Below, piece by piece: positions 25,681 through 38,090 of a stretch of 64,000 nucleotides of DNA. The notes beneath the pieces are model-generated. The model saw nothing but the letters and a program-made list of their open reading frames with translations. It had not been told where the DNA came from and did not search any database. Both the position numbers and the translations under genes were made by a program. Position 1 is the stretch's first letter, and each line of letters begins with the position of its first letter. Source of the stretch: Vicugna vicugna. Taxonomy: Eukaryota. The DNA is taken from NCBI GenBank assembly GCA_013265495.1, contig MU057560.1, forward strand, positions 444,753 through 508,752. The letters run 5' to 3'.

Positions 25681-27379
25681 TAGAACCGAGGGATGCAATC
25701 ATCCCTCAGCCGAGTGGCCAGTAGACGTGCCTGGGGCACCGGACCCCACCGCTGAGATGGCTGGGCCTGTAAGTCTGAGGCCACCTATGCAAAGTTAATT
25801 ACGTGAAATTCTAAACTTGGTTTTTATTTCACTGGAATTCAGGTCCTTCCAATCTGCCATGTGTACAAAACCTGTGCTCACTGTCAGCGGTCTCGAGGGT
25901 TAATCGGTTTGACGGGAAGCAGAGCGAATACCTGAACCCAGCCCACAGTTTCCCAGCGATGTGGACAGCACGAGGGGTCTGGGCGGCCCACTGCCGAAGC
26001 GCAGAAGTGAGTGTCGGCCACCTGGGCGTGTGTGGGACGGGTCCTTGGCAGAGGGGCCACAGAGTAAGACGTTGAAGGATGAGCAAAAAATTGCAGGTGT
26101 AGGGAAAACAGAGAAGAGGTTAATTCATTCCAGCAGGGAGGAGAGCACGCAGCAGAATCGGGGCGTGGACGCTCACGGGTCCCTCGGGAGAAGGTCGTTT
26201 TCTGTGCCTCTAACAAAGGGCTTTTGGAACTTGGGGATGAAGAAGAGGAAGACAAAACGTGTGCTGCAGACCAGCTGTGAAAGCGCCTAGAAAGCCTGAA
26301 TGCTCGTGTGCGAGCGAGGGCCCGAGGAATGTTAGAGAATTCTCGGCAATGATAATTTTGTTCTCAGGTCAAGTCTCATGAGATAGGTTTACTTTGATTT
26401 GTAGAATCTGCTCATGTATGCTGATCTAGATGGATCTACACATTTCTGGGAATTTATTGAACAATTTCCAGACAGCAGGTTTAAGTGAGGCTGAGATCCA
26501 TCAGCGAAAAAAATCCCATAGTAAATGATCATTCTTTCAAACACCATCTTCAGTTTATATACCATTTTTTTCTTCCAAATTATTCCAAGCACTTCATATA
26601 CATCATTGCATTTTTTTCTAATGTGTTTGAGACTTAATTGGGTCCATGTATCACCGTGCTCATTTATTTTATAAATATTGACATCTGACATATTGGTTAC
26701 AGAATCTGCTTAAGATAACACGGCATCAAACTGTCATCAGTCTACGCGTGGGTACCCATCATTTTGCATGAAAGTGGCCATGTAAATAAAAATGTTACAA
26801 GCACTTCTCTCTAATTGATTGCGCACATTGAATATATTTACATTGACTTTATAGTTTTAAAATAAATTGTTACCAGCACATTATACAAATTTGTAGCACT
26901 ACAGAAATAAAATATTTAACAAGAAAAAAAACAGAAATATAACACATCTTATTATTCCAGTTATAAGAACATTCTTTGCACACTGTCCATGAAGTGGTTA
27001 CAGATGCGTATTACTCCAGGGGCCAAAGGGTGGAATAAATCCCGAATTAACTAGGTGAAAGGTAAGTAGAGATGAGGTGGCTGGGAGGAAACGGAAATGG
27101 CAGACCAGGGCTAAATGCGTTGAGATTGAAGTTCAAACAGCAGCAGATTCTGGTGTGAACCAAACAATTTACACCTCGAGGTGAATTTGGTCCAGGACAG
27201 TGGTTCACAGCTGTTGCTCATCTGTGCACATTTACATAGATGTGAGGTTAGACAAGCCGAGAGAAAAACAAAAGTGTAGGAAAAAACCATCTCATAAAAA
27301 TGAGACCAGGCTGTGTTATTTTACAAATTATTTGAACATTAGTTTTACTTTAAGCGAACAGAAAAAAAAATTACTTTCA

Positions 27380-28812
27380 TAGAAAAATTAACTCAAAATG
27401 GATCATAGACCTAAATTTAAAATTAAAAACAAACAAAAAATTATAAACCTAGAAGATAACACGGGAGAAAATGCAGATGGCCTTGGGTATGGCAATGGCC
27501 TTTTAGATATAACACCAAAGACACAAGGCATCCAAGAAGTATTGATAAGGTGGTCTTTACTAAAATCAAAAGCTCTGCTCTGTGAAAAACAGTAGCAAGA
27601 GAATTAGAAGACAAGACACAGATTGGGAGGAAATATTTGTAAAAAACACACCTGCTAAAGGACTGCTAGCCAAAATATATAAAGAACTCTTAAAATTCAA
27701 CAATAAGAAAACAAACCACTCAATTACAAAATTGGCCAAAGACCTTGACAGACACCTCACCAAAGAAAATATACAGGTGGAAAATACACATATGAAAAGA
27801 TGCTCCATTTTAAAGGTCATTGTAAATTACAATAGCCATTGGGTACCACTACACACTTATTAGAATGACCAAAAGCCACATGCCATTAACACCAAATGCT
27901 GGTGAGGACGGGGAGAAACGGGAACTCTCTCACTCATTGCTGGTGGGAATGCAAGATGGTGTAGACGCTTTGAAGGACAGTTTGGCTTTTAATTTTTCTG
28001 ACAATACTAAATACCCTTTAACAATATAATCCAGCAGTCACACTTCTTGGTATTTAGGTCTACACAAACACCTGTGCAAGGATGTTTATAGTAGCTCTAT
28101 TCATAAATGCCAAAACTTGAAAACGACCAAAGTCCTCTCAGTAGATGAACAAGTAGATGAACTGTGGTCTGTCCAGACAACGGAGCAGCATTCGGTGCTA
28201 AGAAGAAACGCAAAGGGTAGGGAGAGCTCAGTGGTCGAGTGCGTGCTTAGCATGCACAAGGTCCTGGGTTCAATCCTCCATACCTCCATGAAGGAGAAGG
28301 AGAAGGAGAAGGAATAAATATCAAGCCATGAAAAGACATGGGGGAATCTTAAACACACATTGCTAAGTGAAAGAAGTCAATGTGAAAAAAGCTGCAAACT
28401 GTAGGATCCTCGCTATGTGACATTCTGGAAAAGGCAAAAGTACGAGGGCAGTGAACAGACCAGGCGTTGCCGGGAGTGAGGGCGGGGAAGGTGAGCAGGC
28501 AGAGCACAGAGTTTTTAGGACAATAAAAATACTCTGCGTGACAGTGTAATGATGGATTATATCTTTACAGGTTTCTCCAAATCCATAGTGTACACAGGAT
28601 CAAGAATGGGCGCTAATGTAAACCATGTTCTGTGGGTGGTTATGGCCTGTTAATGGAGGTGCATCCTCGGTTAAAAAAAACAAAACTGCCAACCTAAGTG
28701 ACTTTGGGGGAGACCATGCGTGCCTGGAGGCAGGGGCTGGGGGCTGAATCTCTCCCTTCCTCTCAATTTTGTTGTAAGCCTAAAACTGCTCTAAAAAATG
28801 AAATCTTAAAAA
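27380..28812 (+). mobile_element. L1MB-like 3' portion (end of ORF2 plus 3' UTR), interrupted by a SINE
   Basis: aaaattaactcaaaatggatcatagacctaaa...atcaagccatgaaaagacatgg...cctaaaactgctctaaaaaat. ORFs 27398-27595 and 27582-27863 translate as degenerate L1 ORF2. Confidence 0.92.
28215..28320 (+). mobile_element. Camelid tRNA-derived SINE (Vic-1 type)
   Basis: gggtagggagagctcagtggtcgagtgcgtgcttagcatgcacaaggtcctgggttcaatcc with A/B boxes; tail is (AAGGAG)n. Confidence 0.92.
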
Positions 28813-29160
28813 AATGTAACCAAAGGAACCACTGACTTCCATCTTTTCTAAATATTTGGTTCCAAAACAGGTTCTAGAGGTAATGACGGGGTGATGTAAA
28901 GCAATCAGACGTTGCCATGGTTACACTTCAGTTTAAGGATCTGTTCCATTTTTGCACAGGTTGATGTGCTGTGTAGTGTAGTTAGTGAAGAAAATAGTGC
29001 CTCTACGTTTTTCTTTTCTCACCTCTTGGTTTCTAAAATTATATGTCGCTTGAATTTTCTATCGTTATATTCAGTTCGATAGCTGTTACGTGTTGGGGTA
29101 GCTCAAATTCTGTATTGAAATTGATTCACAATTTCACTATGACTCTTTTTTTCCCCCAAT

Positions 29161-29326
29161 ATTTTTTTTAATTTTATTTTTAATTGAAATGTAGTTGACT
29201 TCAATGTTAGTTTCAGGTGTATAGCAAGGTGATTCACGAATACGTATATATTTTTTTCAGATTCTTTTCCATTATATGTTATTATAAGACATTGCATATA
29301 GTTCCCTGTGCTACGCAGTAGGTCCC
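29161..29326 (-). mobile_element. Artiodactyl-type L1 3' terminal fragment
   Basis: T-rich tail, then aattgaaatgtagttgac...tttttcagattcttttccatt...atagttccctgtgctacgcagtaggtcc. Confidence 0.85.
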
Positions 29327-29599
29327 CAAAATGTCTTCATTCCAATAATTTCTGTGTTGACTTCTTGTTTGATTGAGTTTCATCTTCATTAAGAGCAAAC
29401 AGTTCTCGAATCCACATGCTGCCTTGCACCTGAGTGACGTCTTAGCAGGGACAGAAGCCCGGATCAGGCTCCTCTCCCTCAGGATGCTCTCCTGCCTTCC
29501 TGCACCGAGTCCAGCACACTTTTTGCACCATGTTTCTCTGCACATCTACTGAGGGATCAGTTATTTCATTAAGTAAACTTTGTTTCAAAAGAACATATG

Positions 29600-29770
29600 C
29601 GGGTTACTTTTTTTCATGCTTGAGGACGTCTTCCTGTTTCCTTTTTTACAGTAAAATTAACTGGGCATGTAATATTCTTGGCTCACATTTCCTTTCCCTA
29701 AGAAATTAGTAGCTATTCCTCCACTGCCAGATTCCTGGCATTGACAATTGGTGCTGAAAGGCATGAAACA
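29600..29770 (-). mobile_element. Ancient L1 ORF2 fragment
   Basis: aattaactgggcatgtaatattcttggctcaca...tattcctccactgcc...tggcatt. Confidence 0.5.
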
Positions 29771-29832
29771 CGACGTGAAGTTTCATCACTTTAAGGAGGC
29801 TGAATTTTTCTACTTGGTTTACGAAAATAAAT

Positions 29833-29900
29833 TTCCTTCCTCTCTCCCTCCCTCGTCTGCTTTCTTCCTTCCTTCTTTCCCTCCCTCCCTCCTTCCTTCC
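29833..29900. repeat. (CCTT/CCCT)n pyrimidine repeat
   Basis: ttccttcctctctccctccc...ttccttccttctttccctccctccctccttccttccc. Confidence 0.85.
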
Positions 29901-30329
29901 CGGTTTCTGGATGTCAAGTGCACACATCATTGGACTACGGATTAGTCATTTAAGTTCATGAAAAACACATTAGTCCACATGTGTATCACAACCATTTATT
30001 TAGCAAATTGCCTATTTATGATCTTTTGATAAGCACAGAACTCCCAGGGCGAAGAAAAGCCAGAATGTTGAATGTAACCTACACTTTGCTAGTTAGTGTT
30101 CCCCGTCCCATCACCTTGGTAACCGATGGGGGGCAACCCTTGGCACCTCATCATCATTTGGTGTGCCTTCTCACAGGCAGCTTTATTATCTTAGTCGCTT
30201 TAACTTCTCAAAATATGTTTTATGCTGCAGACAATCTTTTAGGATTTACTCTGCTCTCTTATTGCTGAGGTTTCTCATATGGTCGTGTGTCCTTGTTACC
30301 AATTTATCCGAGTGCTCTAACGTATATTA

Positions 30330-30650
30330 TGTTTATTCATCTGTTTTCTTTTGATACACTTTTCGATTGTTTCCAGATTTTTGCCTCATGGTGTCTTGAT
30401 ATGAATATTCGCATCCAGATAGTTTTCTTTTGTCTTTTTTTTTTCCAGTAGAACAGGTGTAAAATGATTATTCCTGGTGGTGTTAAATCGTACGCCCTTG
30501 GCCTCTGAGAGCTTCGGCCATGCCTCTCTGTGTCTGTTAGCTGTTTGTGTTTCCTCCTCTGTAGAACACCTGTTCACATCTGCCCCTTGTTCTGTTGTGG
30601 CTTGTGTTTTTATTACTGATTTTCAGGAATATTTATATGACACTTGTGTT
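30330..30650 (-). mobile_element. Ancient L1 (L1ME-like) fragment
   Basis: gtttccagatttttgc...atgaatattc...ctgtttgtgtttcctcctctgtagaacacctgttcacatc. Confidence 0.55.
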
Positions 30651-32204
30651 CATTTTTTGCATTTATTAAAACTCTCTCTCTCCATTTCGTAACTTTACTT
30701 TTTAGACCCCATGACTCTAGAAAGAAGTTTTTGAAAAGAATCTATATCTTGATTTTGTTCTTTATTATGGGCTGAATTTAGCAAGGTGTGGCGAGAAGCA
30801 GAGAGCTCAAGACAGGAGTAACTAGTTCATAAGATGAAATGAAAGGAAATAAAGTACAAAAATGAAGTCCTTGTGGGCTGGAGAATCCAATGACTATAAA
30901 CCCCTCTGAATATTAAATGATATTGAAACATGAGGACTCAGTCTTGTGAAAACAGCTGCCTGATTTACCATAAGCCTCCCCTTTGTCAAAGGTCAGAGTA
31001 GGGATGGGGGACCAGGAGGTCACGGGGGGTGAAGCCTGGTGATGGACAGCAGGAGTGGCGAGCATCACGGAGGTTTCTGAGTCTCACGTTGTTACCTACC
31101 AGAAGAGGCCCGGAACTTCCAAGTCAGCACAGTGCCTTGTCCAAAGGACACCAGCCAGCCTTTGTCATCTTCTACCCCAGAACGGGCAATGTGGCCATGG
31201 GGGAAGCCTGTGACCATGTAAAGGCTGTGTCTGCAGCACAGAGCAAGAAGGGACCAGTGGGGCACCTGGGCCCCACACACCTGCACTGACTCCGTTGGAC
31301 TCAGATGCTGTGTGGAGAGTTCGCTATCTAGACATGCAGATTGTTTCATCTGAAGGTCAGCTTGTCACAGCAGCTGGCATAACTCACCCTGACTAACAGG
31401 AACTGTCTCCAAACTCCCCGGCACCTCCCTTTACGCAGCACAGACATCCATGATGTCTACTCAGCAAAACGGTGTCACGACGTCAGAGGACTTGATCTGT
31501 TCCAAAGGGACACAGGGTTACTTCTCTGTTCCTTTTTTCACAGGATATTAATTAGCCCCTGAGGAATAAAACCATAAAGTGGCTCAGAGATCAGCTTAGC
31601 AGTGCTTTTGGCTCTTTGTGTTGGCCAGAGCGCTGATTAATTTTTTAATTAGTCCTATGACTTCCTTCTTGAAATGCATGTTCCCGAATAGTAACTATGG
31701 AGCAGCTGCAGGCTTCCATCCACTTAGTCGGAGGGTAGCCGGGTCCTACTCTGTAAGACAAGGTGGCTCAGCCCCACGCAAGGCCACCACCTCCAGCTCC
31801 TCCAGGTCACTCGGCCTCTCTTGCGATCCTTTGCTCTCAGATGACAGTTCAGCAGTATCTGTGTGGCTCAGTTCCTAAGCTGTATGTGCCTTCTCTTGCA
31901 TCGCCATGCCTCTGCCTAGACTGTGTCTTCTTCTGGAGCAACTCCTTCCCCACGGGTGGCAGCCTCTGCATAACTCTGAAAGAAGTGATGTAGGCACGTC
32001 CCTGGCTTGTATGGACTGCTCAGTACGTGTTAGTTATTACAGCGTCATCAGTTCATACGAACACAATGTATTAAAAATCTTACAGCCAGACTTCCTGCCT
32101 TTATGTTATGCTTCTCTGGGAAGCAAGCTGAGAATCATACCTGCTGTCACTATTTTAAAATATGATTGAGTTATTCTGTACAATTCTGCACACTGTCAAA
32201 GGCA

Positions 32205-32235
32205 AGGAGAGGGAGAGAGAGAGGGAGAGAGAGAG
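32205..32235. repeat. (GA)n microsatellite
   Basis: ggagagggagagagagggagagagagag. Confidence 0.85.
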
Positions 32236-32479
32236 CGCATTGGTTCCAGAGAGAAATGAAGTTCCCATCCCACTCTGTCGATTACCAGAGTCAACCGAAT
32301 GGCTCTGCAAGCGTAGCTCACCGTCGTGGAGGTGGCTTCTCTGCTACAGGGTCGTCTTCAATTAGATCGAGTGCCTGTGAGGGCGGCTGGGAGACCCGGT
32401 ACCTAGTCCACGTGCATGGCCAACCCCCGCTCTCTCTGTGAATGCACCTCTGCTAAGGTCACCCCTCTCCTTTCAGACA

Positions 32480-32955
32480 TTCCTGGGTTTTATGTCCCCC
32501 ACAGAATACGCATAAAATCCTCAGTTCAGCTGAGGTTTCTAGTGGCTTCTGCCACGCCCCTTTACGCTCCGTGTACTCCTCACGTGACCCCGCTTTGCTG
32601 ATTTCCCAACATACACACCCCTCTTTTTGCTGCCTTTGCTGAAGCCATTTTCTTTACTGACTCCCAGACCTCCAAAGTTCAAGTCTTACCTTTGCTTCCC
32701 GACACAACTTCACAGCTGCGTCTCCGTGTTGCCTTTGTGGATCCCCTGCCATCCCCCGCCTTAAGAATGTGTTTGAATGTAATCTCTCTCTTCAATGGGG
32801 TGATGCATTTAGTGAACCTCACGGTTCCCATCTTACATTAACTGAAATACGCCTCTTGGCTTTCAGAGACAAAGACATGGGAAGCGAGGAGCTCAGTCCT
32901 GTTCATTTTCAAATCAGGCCGGGTACACAGCAGGCGCTCACTGAATATTGCTGAG
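32480..32955 (+). mobile_element. L2 LINE 3' region (degenerate)
   Basis: Ends in gtacacagcaggcgctcactgaatattgctgagtga, resembling the L2 3' terminus. Confidence 0.55.
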
Positions 32956-33944
32956 TGAGGAACTGTAAAACAGATGGATGCCAAGAGCGTTGTTTTATTT
33001 TGGTTTCAGTTTTGATTTTTCTTGCCCAGCTGGTCAGAACACATTTTCAGCGTGACCCTCACGTGGCAGGAAATCCAGTTTAGCACAGAGCAGCCCACCC
33101 TGGTCCCTCACAAAGCTTCCCCCGAGCTGACAGCCCCCGGGGGTCAATTTCATGTCCATACCTATGCAGGGGGCTCAGGACCGCCCGAGGGAGAACGCGC
33201 TTCACCCCGGGGGAAGCAGAGCAGGGGGGTGAGCTGTGTAAACATCTAGACCCTTTTTAAAAACATATTATTTGCAGAAAATTCACCAAGGTAGTTCTGA
33301 TCATCTGGCTGATTTCTTTGAGAATTCTTGTGTACTCTCTCTGCTGTTTTCTGTGCTATGTCATTTACTTTTATTATTTTATCCACATTTTATACATTGG
33401 AGATCAGATTGTGGCAATAGTAAGGAAATCTATTTATTTGGACCTGGAGGCATGTTCTGAATATACATTCTCCTGTAGATCCTCACCATATAGGCTTTTC
33501 CTAGAACTGGTTTGATTCAATTTCCTGGAAGAAGGCAGAAAGATTCACTGAATTACATTTCTGACTCCTGATCAGACAGAGAGCAGTCGTGGGTTCTTTC
33601 GAAGGATGCAGGCGTACAGGGGCTCATTCAATGTCTGTCCTGGGACTGATACGTACATTCTGCATGTTTTTTAACTGATCGCTGAAATGACATGTTTTTC
33701 CTTATTCAAATAGATAAACTTTGACTATCTTAGTCATTTGTTTTTATCTCTAAAATAATAAAGACACACGTTAATGGGGCCTGAGTACACACAGATTTCA
33801 CTTGAGCGTGAAACCTTCTGTCTCCTGTGACACCTGGAGGAAGAGGCTCCCACCATATTATTTTCCCAGACTTACAAAGGCTCAGAGGTGTCCGGTGGCT
33901 TCTCCCAGGCTCTCAATGTCTTTGTACCTCATCAAGAGAAACTG

Positions 33945-34113
33945 TGTAGCACAGGGAAATATATGCAAGATCTTATGGTAGCTCACAGAGAAAAAAATGT
34001 GACAATCAATATATATATATGTTCATGTATAACTGAAAAATTGTGCTCTACACTGGCATTTGACACAACATTGTAAAATGATTATAAATCAATAAAAAAT
34101 GTTAAAAAAAAAA
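33945..34113 (+). mobile_element. Younger camelid-type L1 3' fragment with TSD
   Basis: gtagcacagggaaatatatgcaagatctt...ttgtgctctacactgg...poly(A). Flanks aagagaaactg (33934-33944) and aagagaagctg (34114-34124). Confidence 0.88.
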
Positions 34114-34824
34114 AAGAGAAGCTGAAATGGGAGAACCAAAGCTGATATCCGTGGGGATATCTGACTCCATGGTTCCAAACCCCGGGACTCCTCCACCAGC
34201 CAGAGGGGCAGGAGAGGACGAGGGATCCACAGCGACTCTCTCGTCAGAGCTGTTTCAGAATCTGCCTTCAGCTCTTTTCTTTCATCTCAGTTGTCAAAGT
34301 GTGCCTCTGACCAGACCCAGCCGCAAGGGAGTCTGGGACCTGTCTTTATCCCCAGTGTCTAGTTGCTCTTGTTCTAGAGGAAAGTTAAAAACACACAGAG
34401 AAGAAGTTACCCCACTCTGGGGAGATCGAAGCAGAGTGAGGACATGAGATTGAGAATTTCTGCCAGCAACACGGGGAGAGAGCAGAGGAGAGATGTCAGG
34501 GAGACAGAGATGTGGGCACTGGATAAACTCTGATGCAGAACAGGGAGGCAGGTAAGGGGAAACCCAGGCTTCTGCTTTGGATCTGTTATTTTTTCTCTTC
34601 AGTCTCTTAATAGATATTATTTTGGAAAATGGCAGGAGGAAGAATATATATCCAGAACACGTCTCCAGGTCCAAGTGCGTAAGAGAACCAAGGAAAGGAA
34701 TTATATTTGTATCCGTTAGTTTATCCCGATGCCTCTCTTTGAAAACTTTGCACCATCACCGCTGTGGGTGCCAAGACTCTGCCTTGTATACTTGCCCCAT
34801 TAGAAACATTGCTTAGTTCTACCC

Positions 34825-34930
34825 ATAACTCACTGGTTCATTCTGGAAATGGTTACCAAGTGCCTGCTTTGTGGCAGGCAGCGTATAAGGGTTTAGAACT
34901 GAGCAGTGCACACGAGACATTCAGCACCCA
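34825..34930 (-). mobile_element. L2 3' fragment
   Basis: ttcattctggaaatggttaccaagtgcctgctttgtggcaggc. Confidence 0.5.
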
Positions 34931-35859
34931 CCTTTATCTAGCATCATGCCTTGATCCTCCACCATGGGTTGAGCTGTCTTGTACCAACTTCACTTCACTC
35001 TGTCACCTCCCCTGACTCCCTGACCAGCATTGTGTCTGACTACCCAGCTGTTAGCACACCACCGGCGGCGGGTCATCCCTGAGAGTAGCAGTAGAACTTA
35101 CAAGGGCATTTTGCAATGAGTGACGTTGGGAGGCCCAGTCTGAGATCGGTTACACAGCTCTTCACCCTCCCCGCCTCCTGTGCCCCTTCCTTTCCCATGC
35201 ACCCACTGACAGATTCTTTCTCCGGAACTCTTTTCACTCAAGGTGGCAACATTTTGTGTTTGTTCAGGACGCTGAACCTACCTAAGAGGTTCTCAGATTG
35301 GAAAATCTGCCAGGGAGTTGGCCAATGAATTTACACTAAAGCTACAATGATAACATTGTAGCTTGGTGCCCTCCCCTCACCCTGCAGAACAACTGTGCTT
35401 TAGCCAAAGGAATGAAGCTCTAAGGATGGAGTCACAGGTGTCCTGGAGAGACCAATGGGGAAAACGTCTCATAACAGCACATCTCCACAGGGCTCTGACC
35501 CCATTTATTTTGTACACATTCCCTCTACTTATCAGGACACATGGGCTTATACACTAGGTCTCAGTGCTCTCTCCTAAGTAAGATTCTGGCATTTTCCTCC
35601 CAGACCTATTCCTGGGACAATATATGAGAAACCCCAATGTGACCTACACTGGCCTGCTGGGGCTGAGGGCCTGGGGAGGGTCCCTTCCTGCGGGGCCCTC
35701 CTAGGGGCCAAGGAGATCAGAAGGGACCCGACAGAAATTAGGTGTGAAGTGTCTCCTACTTGTAATTCCAACTGACCGCACCCCCCTCACACACACAGGC
35801 AAACTCCCAGGGCTCAGATGACACAGCTCACGTCATGCTCTGGGCCACATGGAGTAGAC

Positions 35860-36221
35860 ACGGCTGTCCCATCGCGGTCGCCCTGGGCCGCCGCCGTGTC
35901 CATCTGCAGGTCCCGGCGCGCTGGCCGCCTCCCCCCTCAGACACCTCAGGCTCTCAGCTCCTGCAGCTGGAGGCTTCCTCGGAGACACGGGAGTTTTCTG
36001 GGCAGCAGGTCTGGGGAGGCGTCATGCCCCACTCACGGGGCGGCAGTCAGTGGGCGTCCAGCGGGATGGCTCCTGAGCACGTTTCACAGTCTCTTAAAGG
36101 GACTGAACCCGGTGCCCCTTCAGTGAGGCGAGCAATTGCCTCTTCTCTACTCTCTGTCTCATAACAACCTGCTCCTGAATCTTTGCCTCAGGGTCTGCTC
36201 TGGAGGGAACGGAAGCAGGCA
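35860..36221 (+). mobile_element. ERVL LTR (LTR16-like)
   Basis: End gaatctttgcctcagggtctgctctggagggaac...ca and internal gggactgaacccggtgccc match LTR16; 5' boundary uncertain. Confidence 0.7.
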
Positions 36222-36599
36222 TTTGTCAGTGTTTGGAATCAGGCAGATGAGGACCAGCCTCTTCTGTTATCTCCAAACCTGTGGATTATAGCGAATAGCA
36301 CGTTAATCAACCAACACACCAAACATTTCAGACTGACTACAGTTTCATAGTTACATGCAGAAGAACTCCTTTTCCCATATATTCCAGCATGACTAAAAAA
36401 CGTTTAAAGGTGATTTAAAACCTTTTTTAAATGTTTCATACTTAAATAGCAGGATTTGGAAATTAGACATTCTCTTACTTGACACTGAAGTTCTTGAGCA
36501 GTTGCCCAAGTGAATCAATGGGGAAAAGGAGGATTTTATCGACATGAAATTCTGGAACAGGTAGAAAAAATAACCTCTGCTATTACTTCAGCTCTAAAC

Positions 36600-36770
36600 G
36601 GGTTACGGATCTAAATGTGAACACTTCAGGTATAAGTTCCTGGAAGAAAATGTAAGAGAAATTCTTCGCAATCTTAACATAGGCGAAGACTTACCTTTGT
36701 CAAAACTCATCAACCTGTGCATATAAAAATTGTGGATTTTGCTGTAAGTAAATTATACCTTCATAAACTG
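36600..36770 (+). mobile_element. L1 fragments with internal deletion
   Basis: gatctaaatgtgaa...ttcctggaagaaaatgtaagaga... joined to tttgtcaaaactcatcaacctgtgca...aattataccttcataaa. Confidence 0.6.
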
Positions 36771-36929
36771 TGCTGGAAAAGAGAAAAATGGTACTGTTAT
36801 GTAGGGTTTCACAAAAATATTTCCTTATCTCGAAAAGGTTGAGAATGATACCTGTTTTGTGGAAATCTCTAGTAGAGAGATTCAGAAAATTCTACCATTT
36901 GGTTGTCTCCTTACGAGGGTCCCTCTGAG

Positions 36930-37090
36930 CCCTGACCATCCCCCCGGCATCACCCTGAATTGAATCATTGCTTTCCATATCTGTCCCCCCAGAGCTGTCA
37001 TCTCACATACACATTCATTTTTGTATCCTGAGCATCTAGTTCACTGCCTGCTCACAGTAAGTGCTCAATATATGCTGAATGGGTTAATAA
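36930..37090 (+). mobile_element. L2 3' end
   Basis: tgtatcctgagcatctagttcactgcctgctcacagtaagtgctcaatatatgctgaatg. Confidence 0.75.
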
Positions 37091-37944
37091 GTAAGAATGA
37101 GAACTCAAAAAACAGAATTGCAGAATCAGGAATAATTTTAAAGACAGGCAAGTCTCTAGTACTTGTGCAAACTCAACTGGATGGAGGAAGACGGATTAAA
37201 GAAGATTCCACTAATGAAAGAGAGGCCAAGAAAATGGATGGAGAAGGAAATGGGAGCTTCAGTAAATATTAATTTTGAGATTTTGGCTTCCGTATCTTCA
37301 GGGCCAAAAATATGTGCTTGGTAGTGTCAGAGGTTAAGAGCTGGGTCATAGAAACTGGCATTTCTTCCCACGGAAATTCTGTGCACTGCTGGTTGAATAT
37401 AACAGGAAAAAAAAAGAGAGAGAGAGAGACTAATAGGACATGGAATTATTTCTCTTTGTCACTTGGGCTGAAATGCAAGACTTCTGTGATCGCTCGCTGT
37501 TAGTAAGTCAGGGACGTTTACTGAAGGCCTGCTGCGTGGGGAGCACTCGATTAGCCACTGCAAATTGGCTCATTTACATATTTATCAGAATTGAGAGCAT
37601 CATACCCTTTTCTATCAGGAAGACAAATTATTTAATTCACGGCTTCACGGAGCCACGACTGCAAACCCTGACTATGGGAAGGCAGCTTGTATTCAGTAAG
37701 TAAATATTCTGTGTTGGAACCGAATATGAAAGAACAAGAAAACATTCTGCCTAAACGGCCTTTAACGTGAATTTCCACGAACCGACTGGGGAAAATATAA
37801 AATACCTAGTTGAGTTTTGGAGTTGTTTGGCGCAGACAAATGCTTTTGATATTTAGAGAATGAACAAGCTTTCTGTAGGTGAGAGGTCATCAAAAGGCTT
37901 CACGGAAGAGGGAGACACTGAACCGGCTTTTGTCATGTCCCGAC

Positions 37945-38090
37945 TGTGTGCCAGCCGTCATGTTAGACAATTTATGCACATTAGTTATCTACACATTTAA
38001 TCTAATTATAATTATCTTATAAAATGGGTATCCCATTTTTCCAGGAAGTAAATCTAAGGGTCAGAGCTATCTAAATAATCTGTCATTATT
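37945..38090 (-). mobile_element. MIR SINE
   Basis: ctgtgtgccagccgtcatgttagac...tatcccatttttccaggaagtaaatctaagggtcagag. Confidence 0.55.

Noticed and set aside
26389-26691. Minus-strand 100-aa ORF
   Set aside because: No recognisable homology; the signals in this block fit the plus strand better
27398-27863. ORFs of 65 and 93 aa as host genes
   Set aside because: They are degenerate L1 ORF2 remnants inside the L1MB element
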